Source: an uncultured bacterium (GTDB lineage: Bacteria > Chloroflexota > UBA5177 > JANWHV01). From it: 64,000 nt of DNA. Below the pieces are notes generated by a model that was given only the letters and a program-made list of their open reading frames with translations, ran no database searches and was not told the DNA's origin. Position numbers and translations under genes: made by a program. The stretch spans positions 1,056,001 to 1,120,000 of the forward strand of contig CAWHAE010000012.1 of NCBI GenBank assembly GCA_963827235.1, written 5' to 3'. Shown one piece after another: positions 51,511 through 61,568 of the stretch. The stretch's first letter is position 1; the number at the start of each line of letters is the position of its first letter.

Positions 51511-52869
51511 TCAGGGCGTCGAGTCGGACAATTCGCCGAGCGCGAGCCAGCCCAACAGGCTGGCATCTTGTGCTTTGTTGGCGAATCCGACGGGCTTGCC
51601 ATTGGGGAGCGGGTTGGCTGCTCGCATGACGAGAGTGTAGGTGCCCGGCGCCAGGACGGGAAGGGCAAGGCGGGCGCTGAACCCGACCACAGCTCCCGGC
51701 AGCACCGTGGTCAGGCGCCAGTCTGTCGGCCAGGTGGCCAGCAGATGATGCTTGCCAACCAATCCGATGTCGATAGGCCAATCGTAGTAGAACGGCGCCG
51801 TGCCGGTATCGCGCATCTGGACACGCACAACTACCAGTCGAGTCGAGCCAGCATGCGAGAAGGAAGTCGCCGCGACGGACAGCTCGTACCCGAGGCGGCG
51901 CGACCCTTGGAGCGCCCGGGCATAGTCGGCCGGCGCCAAGCGATGGTCGAAGATCCACTGATTGAGAAGCCACGAGGCGTGGGTAGCGTCCACGGATGCG
52001 TCGAAGTCCTGTGGAGCCCTGGCGCACGACGGATCTCGCCAAATGCAGGACTGCAGCTCCGGCCGGAGCTCGCCGCCAATCGGCTCGGTGCGCCAGGCAT
52101 TCTGGAGATCGACCTGCGTGAGCAGGTCCATGAAGTTTCCGCTGCCGTTTGCGAGCGTGTCGTAGGCGAACGAGTCGTCGTGATAGCCAAGTGGGAAGAG
52201 ATGGATGGGATCGGCAGGGAAGCGCACGAGGAGCCTGGTCCGGTGAAAGGCCGAGGTGTATGACTTCAGCACCTGGTCCATCGTGGTCAGCGACGCAATC
52301 CACTCGTCGTGCGGATAGGTATGCCACTCGCCCCAGAAGCCGATGAGACCGACTTGGATAAATCCGATGCGCGGGTCGCCGTCATAGCGGCGTCCCAGCG
52401 CCAGGATAAAGGCGGCCATGGCAGCGCGCAAGCGAGGATCGTCGTAGTTTGGCGACACACTCGTGCTATTGTCGTAATCGGAGTAGGAGTGGGTCTTGAG
52501 CCCTTCGTTGAGGAGGTAGGTGGGAATGCCAGACGGCCGGCCGGGGTAGTCCAGGTAGAACCGGAATACCGCCTGATGCCCTCGCCGAGCTGTTTGGTTG
52601 AGCTGTGCATCGAGCGGGTGCCAGGTGAAGGTGCTCGGCCCCGTCATCACATCGCGCAACGGCATATAGAAGAACTCCATGCTGTGCGGGAAGGTCGGGT
52701 AGTTGCCGGCGTATGGCATGAAGCCCTTGAGGGGGTTGTCGATCGGAGCACTGGCGTACGGCATCGCCGTCCACGCGACTGCAGCGGCAGAGAGCGGCGC
52801 CGGCGACCCGACTGCCGCGACCAGCAGCACTGCTCCCAGGAGCAAGCGCGGCAATGATTTGAACGTCAT
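51511..52869 (-). CDS. Secreted DUF4832-type putative glycoside hydrolase
   Basis: Signal peptide, DNPLKGF, FRFYLDYP, RYDGDPRIGFIQVGLIGFWGEWH, GYHDDSF, PIGGELRPE, GTAPFYYDW. Confidence 0.75.
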   Translation of the reverse strand: MTFKSLPRLLLGAVLLVAAVGSPAPLSAAAVAWTAMPYASAPIDNPLKGFMPYAGNYPTFPHSMEFFYMPLRDVMTGPSTFTWHPLDAQLNQTARRGHQAVFRFYLDYPGRPSGIPTYLLNEGLKTHSYSDYDNSTSVSPNYDDPRLRAAMAAFILALGRRYDGDPRIGFIQVGLIGFWGEWHTYPHDEWIASLTTMDQVLKSYTSAFHRTRLLVRFPADPIHLFPLGYHDDSFAYDTLANGSGNFMDLLTQVDLQNAWRTEPIGGELRPELQSCIWRDPSCARAPQDFDASVDATHASWLLNQWIFDHRLAPADYARALQGSRRLGYELSVAATSFSHAGSTRLVVVRVQMRDTGTAPFYYDWPIDIGLVGKHHLLATWPTDWRLTTVLPGAVVGFSARLALPVLAPGTYTLVMRAANPLPNGKPVGFANKAQDASLLGWLALGELSDSTP

Positions 52870-53032
52870 TGCTTGACTCCAGCAGGCGACACAGCGGCGG
52901 GGTTGAGCTGACCAGGGCTGCGGACGAGTGCGCCCATCATCTTCCCATTCCCCGGCGGCGAGCGCCGGATGCCGAGCTTGCGGCGCGGCGGCCGGCAAGA
53001 CTGTTCGAAAGTGCGGGCCGCGCTCACTAATG

Positions 53033-53447
53033 ATACAACACGTGTTGTATGGACAATAACACAACACGTGTTGGAACGCAATGTGGCTCGATGATGATGC
53101 CACCTATGAGTCGTGCTCATGAGCGCTCTAGGACGCAAAGCCGCCATACGACACCCGGCTCGCGCAGCCAAGGTGTCGTACCTGGATCCTGTACCGAATC
53201 CAACGCTGATGCCACATACGACGGCGGACAGTTGCGACAGGGGCAGGCGGTCCCGGTAACGCGTGAGGGTGCGAACGGGGTGCTGCAGGCGACCCGCTCC
53301 GCGGGTACCCCGGCGGACCGGGGATTGTCCACGGATCTCACCCCAACCCCAACGCCGTACGCCGACGATGAATTCTTCACTGAGACGCTTGCGTCGCAAC
53401 ACCTGTTGTGCTATTGTGTTTGCAACACCTGTTGTAACGCCTGTTGT
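53033..53447. promoter_or_regulatory. Five LacI-type operator copies, consensus CAACACSTGTTG
   Basis: ATACAACACGTGTTGTAT 53033-53050, CAACACGTGTTG 53062-53073, GCAACACCTGTTGT 53396-53409 and 53422-53435, TAACGCCTGTTGT 53435-53447. Confidence 0.8.
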
Positions 53448-53462
53448 CGTGGGAGGGCGGAC

Positions 53463-54548
53463 ATGGCAACGATCAAAGACGTGGCCCGGTTAGCCGGTGT
53501 GACGCATACGACGGTGTCGCATGCGCTGAGCGGGAAGCGCCCCGTGGCGCCTGCCACTCGCGAGGCGATTCTGGCGGCAGTCCGCCAGCTCGACTACCAT
53601 CCGAATGCGAACGCCCTCAGCCTCACTGCCCGCCGCACGCAGCGGGTCTGCCTGTCGGTACCACTCGACGCGCCACATCGCTCGCTCTCGAAAGGCCCAA
53701 CTTTCGACTTCATCGCAGCAGTAGGCGATCGGCTGAGCTACCATGGCTACACGCTGGTGTGCGAGATCTCACATGGGCTGGACGCAGCCGGCGTGGTCGA
53801 TCTGGTGCGAGCCAGTCATGTCGACGGCACATTGCTCCTGGGTACACAGCTTACCGATCCGCGCGTCGAGGCGTTGCGCAAGGAGCGGGCGCCGTTCGTG
53901 ACCTTTGGACGCACGCGCAGGCCCTCGGACTTCGTGCGCGTCGACGCGGACGCCGCGGGCGCCGCGATCCTTGCCACGCAGCACCTGTTCGAGCTCGGCC
54001 ATCGGCACATCGCGCTCATCCTTCCCACGCTGCCCGGCGGCGAGCCGGCCCTCGGCAGCCATTTCCATGCCCTGGCCGGGTTCAGGCGCGCGCACCGAGC
54101 GTTCGGCCTACCCCTGCGTCGAAGCCAAATCCTCACCTATGACCTGGCCGAAGGCCTGGGCGGGCGCATCGCCCCGCTCATTGACGGCACGCTCGGCGTA
54201 AGCGCGGTGATCGCGGCCGGCAACGACCTGGAAGCGGTCTCGGTGCTTCGCGCCTTATCTGAACACGGGCGACGCGTGCCGGAGGACATTTCGGTGGTCG
54301 GCCTGGTCGATTCGCCGTTAACGCAACTGGCACAGCCCTCGATCACCGTCACCGATCTGCCGGTAAACGAGATGTGCACACGTGCCGTCGACCTGCTGAT
54401 CGACCTCATCGAGGGACGCAGGCCGCGGCAATTGGAACACATCCTGCCTGTGAAGCTGCTGGTACGTCCGAGCACCGCGCGGATCGGCCCGGCGCTCGTG
54501 CCTCTTCCGGTCGACCACGACGATCAGCACGTACCCGTGCCGCGGTAG
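53463..54548 (+). CDS. LacI-family transcriptional regulator
   Basis: MATIKDVARLAGVTHTTVSHALSG, LGHRHIAL, VPEDISVVG. GGGAGG RBS. Confidence 0.95.
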   Translation: MATIKDVARLAGVTHTTVSHALSGKRPVAPATREAILAAVRQLDYHPNANALSLTARRTQRVCLSVPLDAPHRSLSKGPTFDFIAAVGDRLSYHGYTLVCEISHGLDAAGVVDLVRASHVDGTLLLGTQLTDPRVEALRKERAPFVTFGRTRRPSDFVRVDADAAGAAILATQHLFELGHRHIALILPTLPGGEPALGSHFHALAGFRRAHRAFGLPLRRSQILTYDLAEGLGGRIAPLIDGTLGVSAVIAAGNDLEAVSVLRALSEHGRRVPEDISVVGLVDSPLTQLAQPSITVTDLPVNEMCTRAVDLLIDLIEGRRPRQLEHILPVKLLVRPSTARIGPALVPLPVDHDDQHVPVPR

Positions 54549-54790
54549 CGGCAGGCGCGTTTCGAGCCCCGGGCCGGGGCACATTGCGTGTTCGAAGAAA
54601 GGAGGGGCCGCAAGACACAGACTTTGGTGGCAGCCGTCTCGCCGTCCTCGAACCTGTCAGCGCCGTGGACGGTACCGTCTCGCTCAGGCAAAGCAGTCCT
54701 TCGCGGCCCCGGTATGGTCATTGTGCAGGCCGGCCGATAGCCGAGGCAACATCGACGTCGTCAACCGAGCATGAAGGGGATCTTCTCACG

Positions 54791-56161
54791 ATGAAGTATC
54801 TTGATCGACCGTTCAGCCGTCGTCGCTTTCTCGCCACGTCAGCCGCTGCCGCGGCAGCCGCTGCTGCGTCCCGGCTTGGCCCCGTCGAGCCCGTCAGCGC
54901 CGCCCGTAGCGCCGACCAGACGACGGTCACGCTCATGTACGGGTCCGGCGACTTCACGCCCGCCAACAAGGCGGAGTTCCTGAAGCTGAACCCGGACATC
55001 AACCTGAAACAGCTCGAGTTCAACCAGACCACGCTCAACGCCATGTTCGCGGCCGGCAGCCCGCCAGACATCATCCTGGCGCACGTTTATGACATTCCCG
55101 CCTACGTGCTCAAGAACCAGATTGCCGACATCACGCCCTACCTGCAAAAGAGCACGGCGATCAAGATGAGCGACCTGGCGGTCGTGAACAACGCCTATCG
55201 CTTCGACGCGAAGAGTCTGACCCTGGGATCGGGTCCTTACTACGGCATCGCCAAGGACTGGTCGCAGGACGGGACCATGTGGTACAACGCGGCGCTGTTC
55301 AAGGCAGCCGGCGTGCCCATGCCCAACCTGGCCACGGCGCCGAACATCAGCGACCTGCTGCCGCTGGCCACCAAACTGACCACGCGGGCCAAGGGCGCCA
55401 TCCAAACATACGGCATGGATCTGGCCTGGACGTGGACACACACGTACCGCCACATTCTGCACCTCATGGACACCACCGGGTCGTCGTTCTTCAGCGCGGA
55501 CGGCACCACAAGCGACTGGACAGCCAAGGATGCCACGACGGTTCTGCAGTTCATCGTCGATTGGGGCAAGGCCAATGTCGGACCCGGCCCGCTGACCATG
55601 GATGCCTCATCACCGGCCGCCATCTACGCGGGTGGGCGATCCGCCATGCTGATGGAAGGGTACTGGATCCAGGGCCAGCTCCTCACCTCCGGCGCCAACG
55701 GCGGCCCGGTCAAGAACCTGGGCAATTACGTGCTCGGCCCGGCGCCTGTGCTCGGCAGCAACCGCGTCAGTGAGACCTATTTCTCGCAGGGATTCGTGAT
55801 GGCGAGCGCCTCGAAGGTCAAGGACGCCGCCTGGAAGCTGGTTGAGTACTACTTCGGACCCGTGGGCGGTGCTGAGCGCGCCAAGATCGGCTGGGGCATC
55901 CCGGCACTCAAGTCCGTCTTCGGCGGGATGCCCCACACCGGACCGTCCGCCGAGATCTACCGCGCCATGCAGAGCGAGCAGAAGTACTTCAAGGTAATGC
56001 CCTATACGCCGTTTGCCAGCCAGGACGCCATGGCCACCATCGTGCAGGGCGAGCTGACGAAGGTCGTGCAGGGCCAGGAGAGCCTGAGCGCGGCGCAGTC
56101 GAACATGACCAGGCAGATCAACAGGCTGCTGAAGGCCGGCAAGGCCTCACTGGTAGGCTAA
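54791..56161 (+). CDS. Sugar ABC transporter substrate-binding protein with Tat signal
   Basis: SRRRFL twin-arginine motif, AAGSPPDI, WYNAALFKAAG, KDAAWKLVEY. Confidence 0.9.
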   Translation: MKYLDRPFSRRRFLATSAAAAAAAAASRLGPVEPVSAARSADQTTVTLMYGSGDFTPANKAEFLKLNPDINLKQLEFNQTTLNAMFAAGSPPDIILAHVYDIPAYVLKNQIADITPYLQKSTAIKMSDLAVVNNAYRFDAKSLTLGSGPYYGIAKDWSQDGTMWYNAALFKAAGVPMPNLATAPNISDLLPLATKLTTRAKGAIQTYGMDLAWTWTHTYRHILHLMDTTGSSFFSADGTTSDWTAKDATTVLQFIVDWGKANVGPGPLTMDASSPAAIYAGGRSAMLMEGYWIQGQLLTSGANGGPVKNLGNYVLGPAPVLGSNRVSETYFSQGFVMASASKVKDAAWKLVEYYFGPVGGAERAKIGWGIPALKSVFGGMPHTGPSAEIYRAMQSEQKYFKVMPYTPFASQDAMATIVQGELTKVVQGQESLSAAQSNMTRQINRLLKAGKASLVG

Positions 56162-56174
56162 GGACGCTACTACC

Positions 56175-56216
56175 GCCCCCGGCGAGGCGCCGTCTGCGCG
56201 GCGTCCCGCCAGGGGC
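56175..56216 (+). terminator. Intercistronic stem-loop after the binding-protein gene
   Basis: GCCCC.GGCG.GGCGCCG loop CGGCGTC.CGCC.GGGGC, an imperfect long hairpin. Confidence 0.45.
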
Positions 56217-56219
56217 TGG

Positions 56220-57257
56220 GTGGACGGCGCCACAAGCGAGCAGGGAGGGTCGACCGCCGTGGCAGTGTTACCGGCAAAGCGTCGCGCATCTGGATCTCCG
56301 GCCGAGCTGCCGGCTCAGCGCAGGGCATGGAGGCGCTACCCCTGGTATACGTTCTACCTGTTCCTGGCTCCCTGGCTCGTGGTGGGCTTCCTGCTGCTCA
56401 CCGTGGTGCCGATGGCGGTCAACCTGGTCGTCAGCTTCCTGAGCTGGGACGGCCAATGGGGCACGCACGTGCGCTATGTCGGCCTGGACAACTACACGAC
56501 CGCGCTAAGCGACCCCGACATGCTGCACAGTCTCCGGCAAACGCTGATCTACACGGCGATCACCGTTTCGGCGGGAGTAGCAGGAAGCCTGGGCCTTGCG
56601 GTGTTCCTGAACCAGCCCCGACGGGGTGTCACCGTGTTTCGTACCATCTTCTACCTGCCGGCGGTGGTGTCGATCGTCGCGGCGGGAGCCGCGTTCAAGC
56701 TGTTGTTCAACAGTCCCAACGGCCTGGTCGACAGCATCTTGATGCAGTCGGGCGGCAATGCCGTCCAGTGGCTGAGCGATCAGCACGCGTTCTACGCGCT
56801 GATTACCATGTCGCTATGGAGCCTGGGAGTGGGCATCGTGATCTTTCTGGCCGGGCTGCAGGGAATATCGCAGGAGGTGCTCGAGGCAGCCTGGGTCGAC
56901 GGATCCAGCAAGTTCCAGACGTTCTGGCGGATCACCGTGCCGCTGCTCAGTCCGGTGATCCTGTTTCAAGTGGTGACCGGCGTGATCGGCTCACTGCAAG
57001 CATACGTACAGGCCATCGCTCTCACACCCGGGAGCATTTCCGGCGGCGGTGGAGGCGGCGTCAGCTCGGGCACGCCGCCGGACAGCAATACGTTGTTCAT
57101 GGTGTATGCCTTTCAGCAGTTCAATGCGAATCAGCTGTTCGGCTATGGCTGTGCGCTGCTGGAGATCGCGTTTGTCGTCATCCTGGTGATCACGATCGCA
57201 ATCTTCCGTACCAGCGCGCGCTGGGTCTACTACGAGACCGCGCAGGGTGGGCTGTGA
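56220..57257 (+). CDS. Carbohydrate ABC transporter permease (MalF-like)
   Basis: VGLDNY, FRTIFYLP, LAGLQGI..EVLEAAWVDG. Confidence 0.93.
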   Translation: MDGATSEQGGSTAVAVLPAKRRASGSPAELPAQRRAWRRYPWYTFYLFLAPWLVVGFLLLTVVPMAVNLVVSFLSWDGQWGTHVRYVGLDNYTTALSDPDMLHSLRQTLIYTAITVSAGVAGSLGLAVFLNQPRRGVTVFRTIFYLPAVVSIVAAGAAFKLLFNSPNGLVDSILMQSGGNAVQWLSDQHAFYALITMSLWSLGVGIVIFLAGLQGISQEVLEAAWVDGSSKFQTFWRITVPLLSPVILFQVVTGVIGSLQAYVQAIALTPGSISGGGGGGVSSGTPPDSNTLFMVYAFQQFNANQLFGYGCALLEIAFVVILVITIAIFRTSARWVYYETAQGGL

Positions 57258-57258
57258 C

Positions 57259-58149
57259 ATGGCACTGAACGTGCAGCCGCATGCCTCACGCACGGCGGCG
57301 TATCACCGCCGGCTGAAGCCGGGGACCATCATCTGGTACGCGGCTGCCGTGGCCATGGCCGCGGTCTTCCTGACACCGTTCGCGTGGCTCTTCATCAGTA
57401 TTCTGCGGACCCCAACCGAGATGGCAGCATTCCAACCGGAATTCTGGCCGATGCATCCGCAGTGGCACTACTTTCAGGACGCCCTGACCTGGCAGTTCCT
57501 GCCGGCCAGCTTCTGGTCCATTGCCTGGAACTCGGTGCGGCTCTCGCTCTGGTACTCGGTGCTGGTGGTGATCACCTCGGCCATGACCGGATTCGCGTTT
57601 GCCCGTTTGAAGGGCCCGGGCAAGAAACTGCTGTTCGGTGTCATGCTGAGCACGATGATGATTCCGGGGATCATCTACGTGTATCCTCTGTTCATCCTGT
57701 ACTCCAAGCTCGGCTTCATCTACACCGACAAGCCGTGGATCCTGGGTGGCTTGGGGGCCAGCGCCTACTTGAGCTTTCTGTACCGGCAGTTCTTCTCGTC
57801 CATTCCGCTCGAGCTGGAGGATGCGGCGATCGTCGATGGCTGCGGGTACTGGCGGATGTTCTTCCAGATCTTTCTGCCGCTCTCGAAGCCGGCAGTGGCG
57901 ACCGCGGCCATCTTCTCCTTTCAGTACGTGTGGAACGACTTCATCATGCCGTCGATCTATCTGCGTCCGGATCAGACGACCCTGGCCTGGATCATCGGCG
58001 GCGGCAGCTATACCGACCAGAACGGCAATCCGATTCTCGAGCTGCTGGCGGCCGGTGCTTTCTTCTACATCGTGCCCGTCCTAGCGCTTTTCTTCGTGGC
58101 GCAACGGTTCTTCATCTCCGGCCAGCTGGCAGGCGGGTTGAAGGGATGA
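57259..58149 (+). CDS. Carbohydrate ABC transporter permease (MalG-like)
   Basis: GFAFARL, ELEDAAIVDG, WNDFIMP, QRFFISG. Confidence 0.93.
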   Translation: MALNVQPHASRTAAYHRRLKPGTIIWYAAAVAMAAVFLTPFAWLFISILRTPTEMAAFQPEFWPMHPQWHYFQDALTWQFLPASFWSIAWNSVRLSLWYSVLVVITSAMTGFAFARLKGPGKKLLFGVMLSTMMIPGIIYVYPLFILYSKLGFIYTDKPWILGGLGASAYLSFLYRQFFSSIPLELEDAAIVDGCGYWRMFFQIFLPLSKPAVATAAIFSFQYVWNDFIMPSIYLRPDQTTLAWIIGGGSYTDQNGNPILELLAAGAFFYIVPVLALFFVAQRFFISGQLAGGLKG

Positions 58150-59708
58150 GCTACTATGCGCTCACGCTGGACCTGCTGCCCGGTGAGCGGTGGTGGGGCG
58201 GCGCTGCAGCGGACGGCAGCCTGATGCCGTTCGGGCAGCGCTGCCACGAACGCGACCTCTCACGAGATCTGGGGATGAACCAGGGCATGCCGCTGCTTAT
58301 CTCCAACAAGGGCAGGGCCGTGTGGAGCGACGAATCCTTCAACTTCGCTTTCCAGAACGGCGTGCTGTGCGTGGATGGCGCCATCGCGCCCGTGATGATG
58401 GAATCGAGCCCGCACGGCTTGCCCGGTATCTTTCGACGGATGTCGCACGCGCACTTTGCCCCCAGCGGCACCAGGCCCGATGCAGCCCTCTTTACCGCCC
58501 CGCAGTACAACACCTGGATCGAGATGCTGTACGAACCGACGCAGGCGAAAGTGGTGGCGTATGCCGAGCAAATCCTCGCACATGACCTGCCGCCGGGAGT
58601 GCTGATTATCGACGACAACTGGCACGAGGCCTACGGCACATTCAGCTTCCATCCCGGGCGGTTCCCACGGCCCGCGGCAATGATCGACCGCATTCACGAT
58701 CTCGGCTTCAAGGCCACAGTGTGGGTGTCGCCGTTTGTGAGCCCCGACAGCAGCGCCTTCCGATCGCTCCAGCGTGCCGGCTACCTGGTGAGGGACAGTG
58801 ACGGTCAGGTCGCCATCCGGGAGTGGTGGAATGGCCACAGTGCCGTGCTGGACTGCACGAACGACGGCTGCGTGGCCTGGCTGCACGAGCAGCTCGACAG
58901 ACTGATGGGTACGTGTGGAATAGACGGCTTCAAGCTCGACGGCGGCGACGTCGCCTACTATCGCGGGGACGACGTCACGGCCCGGCCGTCCAGCCCAACC
59001 GGACAGTGCGAGGCCTGGGCGGCGGTAGGCCTGCGCTACGCGATCAACGAATATCGCGCCGGATGGAGGATGGGAGGGCAGCCGCTGGTGCAGCGTTTGA
59101 AGGACAAGCGCCGGCACTGGGGAGAGAACGGTCTGGCGTCCTTGATTCCCGACGGCCTGGCACTCGGATTGCTCGGCTACGCCTATTGCTGCCCCGACAT
59201 GATCGGCGGAGGCGAGCAGCAGGATGTCGCGGGGGCGACCGAGATCGATACCGAGCTATTCGTGCGGTATGCCCAATGCGCGGCGCTTTTCCCGATGATG
59301 CAGTTCTCGACCGCTCCGTGGGGCGTGCTCGACGCAGCGCAGTTGGAGATATGCCGCCGGGCAGCGCACCTGCACGTGCGGCTGGGCCCGGAGATCGTGG
59401 CCCTGGCGGAGCACGCGGCCAAGACCGGCGAGCCGATCATGCGCCATCTTGCCTATGTCTATCCCGACGGCGGATTCGAGGACGTGCGGGATCAATTCCT
59501 GCTGGGCGACAACATCCTCGCAGCACCCGTGCTCGAGCAAGGCGCGACATCGCGCTTGATCTCATTTCCAACCGGAACCTGGCTCGGCGATGACGGCAGC
59601 CTGGTGACCGGCCCGACGCAGCAGCGCGTGCTCGCGCCACTGGATCGCGTGCCCTTCTATCTGCGAGCCGGTTATGAGAATGTGCTGTCTGTGGTGCAAG
59701 CGGGCTGA
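58146..59708 (+). CDS. Glycoside hydrolase family 31
   Basis: PQYNTWIE, IIDDNW, GIDGFKLDGGD nucleophile, CPDMIGGG, MQFS.APW, DQFLLGDNILAAPV. ATG overlaps the permease stop. Confidence 0.9.
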   Translation: MSYYALTLDLLPGERWWGGAAADGSLMPFGQRCHERDLSRDLGMNQGMPLLISNKGRAVWSDESFNFAFQNGVLCVDGAIAPVMMESSPHGLPGIFRRMSHAHFAPSGTRPDAALFTAPQYNTWIEMLYEPTQAKVVAYAEQILAHDLPPGVLIIDDNWHEAYGTFSFHPGRFPRPAAMIDRIHDLGFKATVWVSPFVSPDSSAFRSLQRAGYLVRDSDGQVAIREWWNGHSAVLDCTNDGCVAWLHEQLDRLMGTCGIDGFKLDGGDVAYYRGDDVTARPSSPTGQCEAWAAVGLRYAINEYRAGWRMGGQPLVQRLKDKRRHWGENGLASLIPDGLALGLLGYAYCCPDMIGGGEQQDVAGATEIDTELFVRYAQCAALFPMMQFSTAPWGVLDAAQLEICRRAAHLHVRLGPEIVALAEHAAKTGEPIMRHLAYVYPDGGFEDVRDQFLLGDNILAAPVLEQGATSRLISFPTGTWLGDDGSLVTGPTQQRVLAPLDRVPFYLRAGYENVLSVVQAG

Positions 59709-60408
59709 CCGCTCAGGCCAGTTCGGCGAGCCGCACCGCGTTGAGCGGCACCTGGGAGTAATGCCTCACGCGGTAGTACGCGACGAGGCCCACCGTGCCG
59801 CTCAACGCGGTTAGGAGCAGGCGCTTGAGTGCCAAGCCGCTGAGGGTCACCGTCGTCTCTCGCGTGCCGAACCTGACGAGCGTCTGGATCCGAGCGCTAT
59901 GCGAGACCTCGGCGCTGCGTTGACGGCCCAGTGAGACCCTAAGGAGCCCTGGGGCCGGGACCAGCAGGAGCCGAGGATGGCCTGGTATCGCGAGATATTC
60001 TCCTACCAATTGCGCCACCTGGAGCGGCCCACGGCCCGCTTCGCTACCGAGTTCATTGGCGATGGGATGCCCGGAGAACACCGCGTGGACCCATATCGCA
60101 ACCTCTGCCAGAACATCGCGATGGTCTTTACGGCCCACCGGATCATTCGTCGGATTGCGGAATCCACTTGGTTTCAACGAGTGGCAGGGGGTCACGGTTC
60201 CGAATGCCGCGCGCTTGGGAACTCGGACGGGCCGAGGTACTCTGGGGTATTCCTGGACTCAGTGTGCATCCTCACCGTCGTGGCCCTCGCGGCTATGTTG
60301 AAGAGCTGGTATCCAAGCTCGTTCTCGTAGGCGCGGTGCCTGCTGCCAATCGCCCCATTGCCAGGGGGCGGATACGACAAGCGGAGTGAAATCGCCGGGG
60401 AGAGAAGA

Positions 60409-60725
60409 ATGACCTGGGTGGCTATAGCCAATGCCGACGACATCGACCTTGAGGAGGTTATCGAGGTCACTCACGCGGACAAGGTGCTTGCCATCTACCA
60501 TGGGTGGGCCGGTTCTTCTGCACGGACGGTATCTGCACGCACGAACACGCTCATCTCGCCGACGGCGTCGTGCTGGGCAACATCATCGAGTGTCCAGGGC
60601 ACCAGGGCCGGTTCGACGTGCGCACCGGTGATGCCAAGGGGCCACCGGCGCACATTACGCTGCGGGCGTACGCAAGTCGTGTCGAGGACGGCAAGGTCTA
60701 CGTCAATATCGAGTCCCCACGATGA
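60409..60725 (+). pseudogene. Rieske-type [2Fe-2S] ferredoxin (MocE-like), frameshifted near 60503
   Basis: CTHEHAHL and ECPGHQGRFD Rieske motifs. The N-terminus MTWVAIA lies in another frame. Confidence 0.8.
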
Positions 60726-61100
60726 AGCGACGCGTCGTCATCGTCGGCGGCGGCATGGCTTCTGCATCGATAGCAGTCTCGCTGCGCCGCTACGGATTTG
60801 ATGACGACGTCACGCTGGTGAGCGAGGAGCCGTGCGTACCCTACGAGAGACCACCCCTTTCGAAGGCATACTTACGCGGCGACGCTACCTTCGACAAGCT
60901 TGTCGCGCCAACCCGAATTCTTCCAGAACACGCTCTTGACTGTCTACTGGACGTTCGCGCAATTGGTGGTGATGTCTCCGCCCGACAGGTGACCTATCGA
61001 CTGGCCAGGCGCTCAAGTATGACGTCCTGGCTCTTGCCACGGGCGTGCGCAACCGCCGGTTGGCCGTGCCGGAGGGCGGATTTGAGATTTGTGATCTCCC
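60722..61100 (+). pseudogene. Ferredoxin reductase (FAD-dependent) N-terminal remnant
   Basis: VVIVGGGMAS and EEPCVPYERPPLSKAYL. The sequence then frameshifts and similarity is lost. Confidence 0.75.
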
Positions 61101-61568
61101 ACAGGCAAGATCAAGCGGAACGCGGCTGACAGAGAGACACGTCCCCCAGAGGCCCTTGCCTTTGCCCCGAGGCTTGCCGCTGGATTGGATACGGGAGTGG
61201 CATTGCGGCGCCGTCGGTGAGGGCAGGGTCTGGTCTGACGGTGTTGGTGCCGGTGGCACCGTGTGGCTGACCGATAGCGTCTGCGGAGCCTCGTGCGCAG
61301 CGGTGCGGCCGCCGTGCCCAGGGCGGTGCTGTCCATAGACGACCTCCTGCCAGGGACGCGGGGCACCCTGTGGTTGATCGAGAACGACTTTGGACGGGCC
61401 GCGATCGACCTGCAGCCATCCACGGGGCGCCTTCAAGCAGGCGATGCCTGCACTCGCTATACTCACGCGGAGGAGGAGTTTGCCATGATCGCCACCAAAC
61501 ACCGCCCTGCCATCTGTGCCCGCGGAAAGGTCGGGTAACGGCCAATGCAGCGAACCGCCGACCTGCAA

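Noticed and set aside
59713-60400. Short ORFs before the Rieske gene, possibly a permease remnant
   Set aside because: Only faint fragments, with no frame supporting a family assignment.
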